DNA from: Ignavibacteria bacterium
GTDB taxonomy: Bacteria > Bacteroidota > Ignavibacteria > Kapaibacteriales > UBA961
NCBI GenBank assembly: GCA_947491315.1
Contig: CANLII010000003.1
Span: forward strand, 79,443 to 143,442
Length of the DNA stretch: 64,000 nt
Direction: 5' to 3'
The notes beneath the pieces are model-generated. The model did not search any database. It had not been told where the DNA came from and saw only the letters and a list, made by a program, of their open reading frames with translations. Shown in pieces: positions 1-10,139 of the stretch. The number at the start of each line of letters is the position of its first letter. Positions within the stretch are counted from its first letter, which is position 1. The position numbers and the translations under genes were made by a program.

Positions 1-611
1 CAAAGGCAAATACAAAGAGTTATGTGGAAGAGATTTTCGAAATCTGTGGCTTCGATTATCAGCAAGAACCATATTTACTCAATGTGGAATCCAAGCAAAT
101 GGACCACTGGTCTTATCTCCAGGAATCGGCCCAAAACAAACCCATTATCGGACTCAATACAGGCGCAGGATCTCGCTGGCCAACGAGACTTTGGCCCGAA
201 GAGAATTGGAAACAACTGATTGTAGCTCTGCAACATGCAGGATATGCGCCATTATTGCTTGGTGGAAACGATGAACATGAGAGAAATACAACATTGAAGC
301 AAGAAACCGGCGCAATGTATGAAGGTGTATTTCCATTAGAAACATTTATCGCAATCTCGGCACAATGTGATGTGATTGTAACAGCGGTATCCATGACGAT
401 GCATATTGCTCTTGGTCTTGGAAAAAAAATGGTGCTCTTCAATAATATCTTCAATAAACATGAATTCGATGTTTTTGGAAGAGGGGAAATAATCGAACCT
501 GAAACAGGATGCGATTGTTATTATGGAGCGCAATGCTCGCGCAAGAGAATCTGCATGAAGGATATTTCAGTGAATACTGTAATTGCGGCAATACAGAGGC
601 AGATTTCTTGA
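1..611 (+). CDS. Glycosyltransferase family 9 (heptosyltransferase-like), C-terminal part; the 5' end lies outside the window
   Basis: The frame is open from base 3, with no stop before the GTG listed at 24, so the gene is cut by the window edge. GT9-type C-terminal Rossmann signature: GLNTGAGSRWPTRLWPEENW ... LLLGGNDEHERN ... CDVIVTAVSMTMHIALGLGKKMVLF. Confidence 0.75.
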   Translation, partial: KANTKSYVEEIFEICGFDYQQEPYLLNVESKQMDHWSYLQESAQNKPIIGLNTGAGSRWPTRLWPEENWKQLIVALQHAGYAPLLLGGNDEHERNTTLKQETGAMYEGVFPLETFIAISAQCDVIVTAVSMTMHIALGLGKKMVLFNNIFNKHEFDVFGRGEIIEPETGCDCYYGAQCSRKRICMKDISVNTVIAAIQRQIS

Positions 612-1768
612 TGAATGAAGGTCCTCTCGATATTGCCTATATGTCTGTTTTCTATCCATATAGAGGCGGCATAGCACAATTCAATGCCGCATTATATCGT
701 GCTTTTGAGGAATTGGGTCATCATCAAAAGGCCTATACATTCACGCGGCAATATCCGGATATGTTGTTTCCCGGAAGCTCGCAATTAGTTACTGAAGAAG
801 ATAGTGCAGACCCCATTCCCGCAAAGCGGGTATTGGACACGATGAATCCTTTCAATTGGCTTTCAACGGCTTCGGATATTCGCAAAACACATCCAGATTT
901 GCTCTTGACTCAATTGTGGATGCCTTTCATGGGTCCTGCTTTTGGAACAATTGCAAGAAGGATGGATAAAGATTGTATTAAACTTTGCGTGGTTCATAAT
1001 GCATTGCCACATGAGTCCAGGCCTGGCGATACTGCTTTCACGAAATATATGCTCTCCGCACATGACGGACTCATTGCCATCAGCGATGCTGTTGAAGAAG
1101 ATTTGAAACGCTTGAATCTCGGTAAGCCCATCTTGAGAAAAGAGCATCCAATTTATACGCATTTTGGCGACCCCATTGACAAACAAATGGCAAGAGAGCA
1201 GCTAAATTTGCCAAAAGATGCCAAAATCCTCCTCTTTTTTGGATTCATTAGAGAATATAAAGGACTCATGAATTTGATTGAATGCATGAAGTTTTTACCA
1301 GAAGATGTTCATCTAGTGATTGCAGGAGAAATCTATGGCGCATTTGATGAATATGATGCCAAAATTCAGTCAATGAAGCTTGCTCACAGAGTACATACAC
1401 ATGTGAGATATATCCCTGATTCCGAGACTCCACTCTTTTTCTGCGCCGCGGATGCATGTGTATTGCCTTATAAAACAGCCACGCAAAGTGGAATCATAGC
1501 AATTGCGCATCATTTTGAAGTTCCCGTCATATCAACCCCAGTTGGAGGCTTACCAGAAGCATTGAGAAATGGAAAAGCCGGAATGATTGTAACTGGTATC
1601 GATAGTCAAGAAATTGCCAGTGGAATCAATGAATTCTTCAATAAGAATTTGGCTTTTGAATATATAGAAGAAGTAAGGACTTTAAAAAAAGAACTATCAT
1701 GGACGGAACTTGCAAGGGATATCATTGCATTTTATGAAATGATTAAAAGCAGTAGAACCAAGCATTGA
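611..1768 (+). CDS. Glycosyltransferase, GT-B fold (GT4/GT1-like)
   Basis: ORF 509..1768. I place the start at ATG 611, which overlaps the upstream TGA (ATGA) and gives MNEGPLDIAYMSVFYPYRGGIAQF. C-terminal GT-B half: EYKGLMNLIE, HLVIAGE, LPYKTATQSGIIAIAHHFEVPVISTPVGGLPE. Confidence 0.75.
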   Translation: MNEGPLDIAYMSVFYPYRGGIAQFNAALYRAFEELGHHQKAYTFTRQYPDMLFPGSSQLVTEEDSADPIPAKRVLDTMNPFNWLSTASDIRKTHPDLLLTQLWMPFMGPAFGTIARRMDKDCIKLCVVHNALPHESRPGDTAFTKYMLSAHDGLIAISDAVEEDLKRLNLGKPILRKEHPIYTHFGDPIDKQMAREQLNLPKDAKILLFFGFIREYKGLMNLIECMKFLPEDVHLVIAGEIYGAFDEYDAKIQSMKLAHRVHTHVRYIPDSETPLFFCAADACVLPYKTATQSGIIAIAHHFEVPVISTPVGGLPEALRNGKAGMIVTGIDSQEIASGINEFFNKNLAFEYIEEVRTLKKELSWTELARDIIAFYEMIKSSRTKH

Positions 1769-1937
1769 TTGCACTTTTAAGTCAGATTCTGCTTGAGTTC
1801 AAAGTATTTTCTTCATTAAAAATCGTGTACATATCGTATCTTTGCATCTGCAAATGCAGGATTTTTTGGATGTTGTATGTAACCCTGCTCAGCACTTCAA
1901 CTCGACTTTTCATTATATAACATTTCAGGTGATTTCA

Positions 1938-3209
1938 ATGGATTTGTTCAAAGCTCGACTCGACGAGAAACTTCCCCATCTTCGTGCCGAGAGAACAACA
2001 TTGCTCAAGGAACATGGAGACACACAAATTTCCACTGTTGCAATTGAGCAAGTGCTCGGTGGCATGAGAGCTGTTCCCGCATTGCTTTGCGAAACTTCTT
2101 CCGTATCTGCGGATGAAGGGCTTCGCATCAGAAATATCCCAATCTTGGAATTAACGAATCAAACTCCGGAAGATATTTTCTTTCTTCTTTGCACAGGCGT
2201 TTTGCCAAATGATGCTGAAAGAGCAGAAATCAGTGCTGCATTTGCAGCGAAAGCAAATGTTCCTGATTCAGTATGGGATGTATTGAAAGCATTGCCAAAA
2301 GATACCCATCCGATGGTCATGCTCAGTATTGGAATTTTGGCATTGGAAAAAGAATCGGCTTTTCGCAAATCATATGAAGCAGGTGCTACAAAAGATGAAT
2401 TATGGAAGGCAACTCTGGAAGATTGTGTGACCCTACTCGGTGGTGTCAGTACAATCGCTGCCGGAATTTATCGCATTAGATTTGACAAAGGCGATTTAAT
2501 CGCACCGAAAGAAGGCTTGGATTGGAGTGCAAATTTTGCGCACATGCTAGGTGTGAGCAATGATGCTTCATGGGAAGATCTCGTGAGATTGTATCTTGTA
2601 TTGCACAGTGATCATGAAGGCGGAAATGTAAGTGCTATGACATCGCATGTTGTTAGTTCAGCACTTTCCGATGTCTTCTATTCCGTAAGTGCCGGTTTGA
2701 ACGGTCTTGCGGGTCCATTGCATGGTCTTGCAAATCAGGAATGCTTGCGTTTCATCGTGGATCTTCGTGAGGAATTCGGTGGTGTTCCAACAGATGAGAC
2801 ACTTCGAGAATACTGCTTTAAGCGTTTGGGGTCAGGCCAAGTCATTCCAGGTTATGGACATGCGGTTCTTCGTGTGACAGATCCTCGCTTCACTGCATTT
2901 CATCAATTTGCCGAAGACAAGAACTTGAATGATGACAATGTGCAAATCATGAAGAAGTTGTTCGCAATTGTTCCTGAGGTATTGAAGGAACAAGGTAAAG
3001 CAAAGAATCCATGGCCGAATGTTGATGCGGCATCAGGTTCATTGCTCTATTATTATGGCATGACAGAATTTGAATTCTATACAGTGATGTTCGGTGTTTC
3101 TCGTGCAATGGGAATTTGTTCCCAAATTTTGGTTCACCGCATGATTGGTTCTCCGATTGTGCGTCCAAAATCAGTGACGCTTGCGGAACTTCGCGGAATG
3201 ATCAAGTAA
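1938..3209 (+). CDS. gltA: Citrate synthase, eukaryote/mitochondrial-like sequence type
   Basis: ORF 1842..3209. Start placed at ATG 1938 (MDLFKARLDEKLPHLR). Signatures HSDHEGGNVSAMTSHVVSSALSD, GLAGPLHGLANQE, PGYGHAVLRVTDPRF. Confidence 0.9.
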   Translation: MDLFKARLDEKLPHLRAERTTLLKEHGDTQISTVAIEQVLGGMRAVPALLCETSSVSADEGLRIRNIPILELTNQTPEDIFFLLCTGVLPNDAERAEISAAFAAKANVPDSVWDVLKALPKDTHPMVMLSIGILALEKESAFRKSYEAGATKDELWKATLEDCVTLLGGVSTIAAGIYRIRFDKGDLIAPKEGLDWSANFAHMLGVSNDASWEDLVRLYLVLHSDHEGGNVSAMTSHVVSSALSDVFYSVSAGLNGLAGPLHGLANQECLRFIVDLREEFGGVPTDETLREYCFKRLGSGQVIPGYGHAVLRVTDPRFTAFHQFAEDKNLNDDNVQIMKKLFAIVPEVLKEQGKAKNPWPNVDAASGSLLYYYGMTEFEFYTVMFGVSRAMGICSQILVHRMIGSPIVRPKSVTLAELRGMIK

Positions 3210-3212
3210 ATC

Positions 3213-3247
3213 AAAAAGCCTCTTCAAATTCGAAGAGGTTTTTTTTT
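3213..3247. terminator. Bidirectional rho-independent terminator between convergent genes
   Basis: Stem cctcttc / gaagagg (3219-3225 / 3232-3238), flanked by an A-run upstream and a 9-T run downstream. It lies between the citrate synthase (+) and methyltransferase (-) stops. Confidence 0.7.
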
Positions 3248-4079
3248 ATCGTTTCCGTGCAATCAAATAAATCTCAATGCCTGTGACATGTTCATAGATT
3301 CTTCCGAGCTTTTTTTTGAGTGATTGAGCGAAAGAGAAATGAGTCCTCAAGGCATGATCTGCCATGACTCCCGCTCTATGGGTAATGCCATCATTTGGCT
3401 TTCTACTGATGCATTGAATGATATCAAAACCTTGTGCTTCCACAAGTTTTTTAAGGGATTGTTTAGAGTAATGTACATAGTGATTGTGGGGTTGAAACCA
3501 GATCCAATATTGACGGAATAATCTGCTCCAAAAGGATGAGAAGTCAGGTACTCTTATGAAGAGAAGTCCGTCTTGTTTCAAGAGGGTATAACATGAATTG
3601 ATAAGTGAACTGGGATCAGTAAAATGTTCTAAAACATGCCAAAGTGTAATTGTGTTGAATTGAGTATCGATGTGAGCAATATCTGATTCAATATTCAAAC
3701 CGATGCTTTTGCAATAGAGCCTTGCTTGCTCAGAAGGTTCAACGCCATGCACGGAATATCCAAATCTTCTGCATTGATCCAGAAAATATCCTTTGTCACA
3801 GCCGATGTCAAGAATCGAATCTCCGGACTGAATCCCTTGTTTTTGTAATTCTGAGATGAGCCAAAACTGTTCGGGTAATCTAAATAATCTGCGATGTTCT
3901 GAAGAAAGAACTTCACTTGCACTCATAGCATAGGATGATGTATAATATGCATCAAGATTCTGCTTGGATGGTTGTTCAGTAAGAATGTGTATGTCACAAT
4001 ATGTACATAGCAACATTTTTGTTGTACCATACTGCTTTCTAATGAGTGATGTAGTTTGACAGATTGGACATGAATTCAC
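3246..4079 (-). CDS. Class I SAM-dependent methyltransferase with N-terminal Cys4 zinc-ribbon-like motif
   Basis: CPICQ...CTYCD at the N-terminus, then SAM motif I ILDIGCDKGYFLDQC and ITLWHVLEHF (Methyltransf_11/23-like). Confidence 0.7.
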   Translation of the reverse strand: MNSCPICQTTSLIRKQYGTTKMLLCTYCDIHILTEQPSKQNLDAYYTSSYAMSASEVLSSEHRRLFRLPEQFWLISELQKQGIQSGDSILDIGCDKGYFLDQCRRFGYSVHGVEPSEQARLYCKSIGLNIESDIAHIDTQFNTITLWHVLEHFTDPSSLINSCYTLLKQDGLLFIRVPDFSSFWSRLFRQYWIWFQPHNHYVHYSKQSLKKLVEAQGFDIIQCISRKPNDGITHRAGVMADHALRTHFSFAQSLKKKLGRIYEHVTGIEIYLIARKR

Positions 4080-4198
4080 GGTAATTTCCGATATTTATAT
4101 AGTTAATTTAAAGAAAAAAGAATCGAAACTGAATACAATGTATTTGTGAATATTCTTTTTCGGTTTTTATATATAGACATATCTATTTGGGTGATGAA

Positions 4199-5749
4199 AT
4201 GAAAAAAACACAAGAATCAAATGGGAAAACAATATCACTAAAAGAACTATCGATAGAGATTATATATTCAATTAGAAACAATCAAGGCTCGGAATTGCAT
4301 TTGGTGGAAGAGAAAATCAAAAATCTTTCAGACATGGAATCGAAGCCTATCCGAAGGGAATTGCTAGGATTCATCCAAACCTACTTGCAGAGAAAAAGCT
4401 TTACCCCAGAAGAGATGCATGAGAGAATCGAAAAACATTGCAAAGTCTTTGCAAAATATAGATATCATGACATTAGAGCTAGAGCAAAGATGCTATTGGG
4501 GAGTCATTATAAACATACATATAAACATTTTCCAGAAGCTCTGAAAGCATTTACTGAAGTTGAAACCATTGCTCAAAAGTATTTGGGTATAGAAAATATG
4601 ATCTTGTGCGAGACTTTGTTTGAAAAAGGTGGGGTGTATTTTTTTCTTGGCGATTTTGATGCATCTACAGAATCCATATTGCAAGCACAGTCGCTCCGAA
4701 TATTTTCCAAAGGTACAGCAGAAATCCAATTCAAATCTCATATTAATCTTTCAAGAAATTATTTTAACATGAAAGATCCCGTCAAATCACGTACACATCT
4801 AGAATTAGCCGAGCAAAGCTGGAAAGAGTATCAAGGTGTTTATGATAGAGGTGCATTGTTTACCCGGAGATCTGATCTGAGTATTTGGAAGCAAGATTGG
4901 GAAGGAGCTCTTTCAATTTTAGTTGAGGGACTAAACTATTATCTAGATACACCTTTTACATTACGCATAGCAGAGTTTTACAAAGAGTTGGGTGAGTTTT
5001 ATCGGAAAGAAGGAAATCCACTGAGAAATTTTGATGCATCAATTGAGCATTTTGAAAAAGCTTTGGCATTGTCAAAAGAACTGAATATTCTCAGGCTTCA
5101 GGCAGCTTTGTATGATAGCATGTGGAAAGTATGTAAGGATTTTGAAGAGTGGAAACTTTGTTCTGAATATATGATGCTCCATGCTAAAGTTGAAGAGGAT
5201 ATACATAGTGATGAAATTGATATATATATCAAAAAATTAGAGCATTTAGTATTGTTGGAAAAACAAAAAATGATTCAAATTGGAAAGCCAGCATATAATG
5301 AGACTATAATAGATGAGGTTGTTAATCTGAGGAAAGATAATGAGATTTTAAAACAGAAAAATAGTGAACTGCAAATAGTCATGTCTAATATAGAAATGCT
5401 GATTGTAAAGAAATCGCACAATGTCAATGGAAAAGCCGTATTTCTTGATCAATTGCATGATATTATTCAGAAAGGGAAGAGCAGTAAACCTGCAATCGAA
5501 GCATATATACTGGAGTGTGAGAATAGTTATCCAGAATTTTCAAGGGAGATTGTCAAAGTATTGCCGAACATAACAGCAACGGAATTAAAAATCGTAAAAT
5601 TGATAAAACTTGGTTTGACCACTCAATCCATTGCCACATTATGTGGCGTCACTCTAAAGAGTATCGAAAATCATCGCATTCGATTGCGGAAAAAATGCAA
5701 ACTAAGTTCAAAACAATCATTGTCAACATTCATTGTTTCAATTAAATAA
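4199..5749 (+). CDS. TPR-like / coiled-coil regulator with C-terminal LuxR(GerE)-type HTH, paralogue 1
   Basis: The ORF starts at TTG 4187; ATG 4199 gives MKKTQESNGK, parallel to the neighbour's MKKIKAGKSG. C-terminal HTH: TATELKIVKLIKLGLTTQSIATLCGVTLKSIENHRIRLRKKCKL. The N-terminal ~330 aa are helical-repeat-like. No receiver, autoinducer-binding or TM domain recognised. Confidence 0.7.
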   Translation: MKKTQESNGKTISLKELSIEIIYSIRNNQGSELHLVEEKIKNLSDMESKPIRRELLGFIQTYLQRKSFTPEEMHERIEKHCKVFAKYRYHDIRARAKMLLGSHYKHTYKHFPEALKAFTEVETIAQKYLGIENMILCETLFEKGGVYFFLGDFDASTESILQAQSLRIFSKGTAEIQFKSHINLSRNYFNMKDPVKSRTHLELAEQSWKEYQGVYDRGALFTRRSDLSIWKQDWEGALSILVEGLNYYLDTPFTLRIAEFYKELGEFYRKEGNPLRNFDASIEHFEKALALSKELNILRLQAALYDSMWKVCKDFEEWKLCSEYMMLHAKVEEDIHSDEIDIYIKKLEHLVLLEKQKMIQIGKPAYNETIIDEVVNLRKDNEILKQKNSELQIVMSNIEMLIVKKSHNVNGKAVFLDQLHDIIQKGKSSKPAIEAYILECENSYPEFSREIVKVLPNITATELKIVKLIKLGLTTQSIATLCGVTLKSIENHRIRLRKKCKLSSKQSLSTFIVSIK

Positions 5750-5760
5750 CTATCAATTAA

Positions 5761-7299
5761 ATGAAAAAAATTAAAGCAGGGAAGTCAGGGAATTTGAAGA
5801 GACTGTCCATCGAAATTATCAAGTCCATTCGTGAGAAAGAAGGGAAAACTCTTTCGGACATTGCCAAAGAGATTGAGCTAAATATTGGAAATGAATCTAT
5901 ATACCTTACAACTGAATTATTGGGATTTATAGAAACATTTCAAACTAGATCTCAGTTTGCAAAAGAAGAGATGGAAGAAAGAATCGAAAGACATTGCAAA
6001 GCATTTGCAAAGTATAGATTGCATGAGATCAAGGCAAGGGCAAAATTGCTTTTAGCAAGCTGTTATTTGCAGACTTATGTCCATTTTCCAGAATCCCTCC
6101 AATGTATCATAGAAGTTGAACTCATAGCGCAGAAGCATCTTGGAAACAATAATATGGTATTGTGTGAGGCATTATTTGTCAAAGGCGCAGTGTATTATAA
6201 TCAAGGTCAATATGCGGAATCATCAGAAGCCATATTGCAAGCACAATCATTGAAAGTGTTTGACACTGCGACTCCTGAATTTCATTTTAAGACAAATATA
6301 AATTTGAGCAGAAATTATATATTTCTCAATGACTATAAAAATGCAAGAAAATGTCTTGAATTGGCAGAGCAAAGCTGGGTTGTATACAGAAATGATGTTG
6401 ATAAAGGCGAGCTCTATTTCAGAAATGCAGACATGCTTCGCATGACAAATGATTGGGAGGGTGCAAGGGACACACTATTGGAATGCATTTCATTTTATAA
6501 GTCCACAGACATTACAATGAGACTCGCGGAATCGTATAAAGAAATGGGTGAGTTTTATGGGAGATTGGAGAATCCATTAAAGAGTTTTCAGCAATTAATG
6601 AAATACTTTGCAGAAGCCGAAATATTAGCCAAAAAAATGAAGATTCTTAGATTTGAAGGTGCAATCGCGCATAGTATTCGTGTAATTGCATATAACTTTG
6701 AGGAGTGGAAATTGTGCGTTGAATATATGATTCGATATAGGGAGATTGCCGGACAATTACATCAAGAAGAGATTGAAATCTACATCAAGAAATTGGAGCA
6801 TATCGCTTTTATTGAAAAGCAAAAAATGATTCAACAAGGAAAGCCAACATATACCAAAGTCATACTAGATGAAGTTGTTGAGTTGAGAGAAGAACATGAA
6901 TCATTGAAGCAAAAGCACATTGAATTACAAAAAGCTTTTTCAGCAATAGAATTGTTGATTGAGAATACATCTCACAAGAGAAATCAAGGAGTATCCACTG
7001 AGCAATTATATCAAATTGTTGCGAAGGGAAAGATAAAGCAACCTTTTCTGGAAACATATTTGATTGAATGCGATAAAATGCATCCGGAATTCTTACAACA
7101 ACTATTGAGGCTGATCCCCACATTAACTACTATGGAATTAAAGATTGCAAAATTGATGAAGCTAGGTTTGACTAGTCAATCTATTGCCACATTATGCGGT
7201 GTTACAGTAAAGAGCATCGAGCATCATCGCATGCGTTTGCGAAAAAAATGTGGACTCAAAGCAAAAGAATCACTTTCATCATATATTATATCTATCTAA
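5761..7299 (+). CDS. TPR-like / coiled-coil regulator with C-terminal LuxR(GerE)-type HTH, paralogue 2
   Basis: Collinear with the upstream gene along its whole length. HTH: TTMELKIAKLMKLGLTSQSIATLCGVTVKSIEHHRMRLRKKCGL. Shared blocks include RHCKAFAKYR, ILQAQSL, INLSRNY, LELAEQSW, FEEWKLC, IYIKKLEH and EKQKMIQ. Confidence 0.7.
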   Translation: MKKIKAGKSGNLKRLSIEIIKSIREKEGKTLSDIAKEIELNIGNESIYLTTELLGFIETFQTRSQFAKEEMEERIERHCKAFAKYRLHEIKARAKLLLASCYLQTYVHFPESLQCIIEVELIAQKHLGNNNMVLCEALFVKGAVYYNQGQYAESSEAILQAQSLKVFDTATPEFHFKTNINLSRNYIFLNDYKNARKCLELAEQSWVVYRNDVDKGELYFRNADMLRMTNDWEGARDTLLECISFYKSTDITMRLAESYKEMGEFYGRLENPLKSFQQLMKYFAEAEILAKKMKILRFEGAIAHSIRVIAYNFEEWKLCVEYMIRYREIAGQLHQEEIEIYIKKLEHIAFIEKQKMIQQGKPTYTKVILDEVVELREEHESLKQKHIELQKAFSAIELLIENTSHKRNQGVSTEQLYQIVAKGKIKQPFLETYLIECDKMHPEFLQQLLRLIPTLTTMELKIAKLMKLGLTSQSIATLCGVTVKSIEHHRMRLRKKCGLKAKESLSSYIISI

Positions 7300-7455
7300 T
7301 ATATTATTTGAACATAGAAAAAAATAGGGTTTTTATGGGGTAGGATTGAGAAGTAATCCCTGTAAGTTGCCATTAGATCACAGTGATTGGAATAGGGATA
7401 TATTCTTCATCTCGAGATGATCTTTACTATTGGCTATCAGGGGTCAGGATACAGT

Positions 7456-7490
7456 AATAGCTCTCACTTTGTGAGGGCTATTGCTTTTTT
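7456..7490 (+). terminator. Rho-independent terminator
   Basis: aatagctctca / tgagggctatt stem (one G-U pair), loop cttt g, followed by gctttttt. Confidence 0.6.
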
Positions 7491-7493
7491 AGG

Positions 7494-7530
7494 TAAAAGA
7501 AAAGCCAAATCATGTGAAAATTTGGCTTTG
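7494..7530 (-). terminator. Rho-independent terminator downstream of tRNA-Val (minus strand)
   Basis: Perfect 10-bp stem aaagccaaat / atttggcttt (7501-7510 / 7520-7529). On the minus strand it is followed by ttttctttt. Confidence 0.65.
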
Positions 7531-7532
7531 AG

Positions 7533-7606
<74 letters not shown>

Positions 7607-7828
7607 AAAGGGATTGCAAAAATACATACTCTTTGTGAAAAGGAAAAGAACTGCAAAAAAAAGCCATGAATGAGGAAAAAATCAGATGATATATCATTCT
7701 AAATCCCTCGATAAGCAGTGCCTTTCGTATATTTGCAAGCCCTTTCTATTCAATATTGATTGAATTCAAACAAAAGGGCATACCATAATTAGCATGAAAA
7801 TTCTTGTTCCATTTTTCAGACATATTGT

Positions 7829-9961
7829 ATGACAGTTGGATTGATACTAGCTTTAGGAGCTTTAGCGCTCATCGTTGCTTTATTTTATTCACGCCGCGTG
7901 AATGCCATTTCGATTGATTCAGGTGCTTCTTCGCCTGAGGAAATTGAAAAATTGACTGAAATTTCTTCAGCAATTGCCGAAGGAGCAATGGCATTTCTTA
8001 AGAGAGAATATCGTATTCTTTCATTGTTCATGGGTTTATTCGCCATCATTATTGTGTTTACCGTTAATGATGAGCGTGCAGGAATTCCTTTGGGATTATG
8101 GTCTGCAATATGCTTTTTGATTGGTGCAGGAACATCCGTGGTATCTGGTTATATCGGGATGAAAATTGCAACAAAGGGTAATGTCCGCACAGCAGCCGCT
8201 GCGAGAATCTCACTTGAAAAATCATTCCGCATTGCATTCGAATCTGGTGCCGTGATGGGATTTGGTTTGACCGGTCTTGCAGTCATGGGATTGATTCTTG
8301 TGTATTTGGGACTCATCACATTGCATCCTACACTAGATCAGCACATCATTATGGAAATTCTTTCAGGATTTGCCTTGGGTGGTTCATCTGTTGCTTTGTT
8401 TGGTCGCGTTGGTGGCGGTATTTATACAAAGGCCGCGGATGTTGGAGCAGATTTGGTTGGAAAAGTTGAGGCAGGCATTCCGGAAGATGATCCTCGCAAT
8501 CCTGCCGTAATTGCGGATAATGTTGGTGATAATGTTGGTGATATTGCCGGTATGGGTGCTGATCTTTTTGGTTCGGTTGCCGAATCAACATGTGCCGCAA
8601 TGGTTATTGGTGCTGCTTCATTTGCAATGCTTGAAGGAGAAGCAAAAACTTCTGCTTTGTTATTTCCACTTTTTGTGAGTGGAGTAGGAATCGTAGCAAG
8701 TTTGATTTCCCTCTTTTTCATCAACCCTAAATCTGAAGAGAAAGTTGAATCTTCATTGAAAAATGCATTGATTATTTCAACTATTATCATGCTCATCGCA
8801 TTGTATCCATTCTCGATGAGTATGCTGCCCGCTGAATTTATGCTTGGCAATCGCATGCACACGAATATGGGTGTATTCATCACATTAGCCGCCGGATTGA
8901 TTGCGGGTCTTGCGATTGGTTTGATCACTGAATATTATACTTCACATAGATATTCTCCGGTTCGTCAAGTTGCAGATGCATCTCAAACAGGTGCGGCTAC
9001 CAATATCATTTATGGTTTGTCATTGGGTTATAACTCATCGGTACTTCCAATGTTCATCATGGCTATCACTGTTGTGATTGGTTTTTCATTTGCGGGAATG
9101 TATGGCATTGCAATGGCTGCAATCGGCATGCTTGGAACCATTGCGGTAGGACTTACCATTGATGCTTATGGTCCTGTTTCAGACAATGCAGGTGGTATTG
9201 CAGAGATGGCAAATATGGGTCAAGACATTCGCAAGCGCACAGATGCTCTCGATGCGGCTGGTAATACAACTGCAGCGATTGGAAAAGGATTTGCGATTGG
9301 TTCTGCGGCATTGACATCACTTGCGCTCACAGCGGCATTTTTGACAAGAGCTGAATTACCCACAATCAATATGCTTGATCCTATCGTGATGGCAGGTTTA
9401 TTTGTTGGTGCTTCACTTCCTTATGCATTCTCAGCAATGACCATGCGTTCAGTTGGAAAAGCAGCATTCAGTATGATTGAGGAAGTGAGACGACAATTCC
9501 GTACAATTCCTGGTTTGCTTGAAGGAACAGCAAAACCTGATTATAGCACTTGTGTTGACATTTCCACAAAAGCATCTCTGCGTGAGATGATAGCTCCCGG
9601 CTTATTGGTGATTCTAACACCGCTTCTTACCGGCTGGCTTTTTGGAGTGCATATGGTTGCAGGATTATTGATTGGTGCATTGATCACAGGTGTGATGATG
9701 GCTATCTCAATGGCAAATTCTGGTGGTGCTTGGGATAATGCGAAGAAATACATCGAAACAGGTCAATTAGGTGGCAAGGGTTCAGATACCCATAAAGCAG
9801 CAGTTGTCGGTGATACTGTAGGTGATCCATTCAAGGATACATCAGGACCATCACTAAACATTCTCATCAAATTGATGGCGATCATTTCATTGGTTTTTGT
9901 TCCTTTCTTCGTTAAGAATGGTGGTATTTTGCTCGATATGTTTGGCTTGGGTCAACATTGA
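7829..9961 (+). CDS. hppA: Membrane-bound ion-translocating pyrophosphatase (K+-dependent sequence type)
   Basis: Multi-TM protein with [55 protein letters not shown] and [37 protein letters not shown] has Ala rather than Lys at the position associated with K+ dependence. Confidence 0.92.
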   Translation: MTVGLILALGALALIVALFYSRRVNAISIDSGASSPEEIEKLTEISSAIAEGAMAFLKREYRILSLFMGLFAIIIVFTVNDERAGIPLGLWSAICFLIGAGTSVVSGYIGMKIATKGNVRTAAAARISLEKSFRIAFESGAVMGFGLTGLAVMGLILVYLGLITLHPTLDQHIIMEILSGFALGGSSVALFGRVGGGIYTKAADVGADLVGKVEAGIPEDDPRNPAVIADNVGDNVGDIAGMGADLFGSVAESTCAAMVIGAASFAMLEGEAKTSALLFPLFVSGVGIVASLISLFFINPKSEEKVESSLKNALIISTIIMLIALYPFSMSMLPAEFMLGNRMHTNMGVFITLAAGLIAGLAIGLITEYYTSHRYSPVRQVADASQTGAATNIIYGLSLGYNSSVLPMFIMAITVVIGFSFAGMYGIAMAAIGMLGTIAVGLTIDAYGPVSDNAGGIAEMANMGQDIRKRTDALDAAGNTTAAIGKGFAIGSAALTSLALTAAFLTRAELPTINMLDPIVMAGLFVGASLPYAFSAMTMRSVGKAAFSMIEEVRRQFRTIPGLLEGTAKPDYSTCVDISTKASLREMIAPGLLVILTPLLTGWLFGVHMVAGLLIGALITGVMMAISMANSGGAWDNAKKYIETGQLGGKGSDTHKAAVVGDTVGDPFKDTSGPSLNILIKLMAIISLVFVPFFVKNGGILLDMFGLGQH

Positions 9962-9992
9962 TGCAATAATGCATACAGAAAATCGTTTATCG

Positions 9993-10032
9993 CCGCCCTT
10001 AAAGTTCAAAGCTTTGTGGGCGGTTTTTTTTC
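9993..10032 (+). terminator. Rho-independent terminator after hppA
   Basis: ccgccc (9993-9998) pairs with gggcgg (10018-10023), with further pairing inside, followed by a 9-T run. Confidence 0.75.
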
Positions 10033-10139
10033 ATGCATGAATTCTCCCCATTGCATGAATCATCATTGCATCAATCTTGGGACCATGGCAATGCAATCAT
10101 TCGGGGATTTTTCAATCACAATCATAGAGAGAGAATTCT

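Noticed and set aside
509-610. N-terminal extensions in the ORF track: 509..610 for the GT4 gene, 1842..1937 for citrate synthase, 11547..11624 for the NTPase, and 50344..50418 for Ig-repeat paralogue B.
   Set aside because: The extensions overlap upstream genes or translate to implausible hydrophobic or low-complexity peptides. Downstream ATGs give canonical N-termini, stop/start overlaps or a GGAGG ribosome-binding site.
8349-8928. Minus-strand ORFs inside hppA (8349..8600 and 8422..8928), and similar antisense ORFs inside most long genes.
   Set aside because: They are antisense shadows of strongly supported genes and carry no independent signals.
10030-10110. Repeated ATTGCAT / ATGCAAT heptamers upstream of rmuC, also present next to both GTGGG arrays at 13957 and 14404.
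   Set aside because: TTGCA/TGCAA-containing words are visibly very frequent throughout this genome, in coding regions too. Recurrence of a 7-mer is therefore not significant without a background count.
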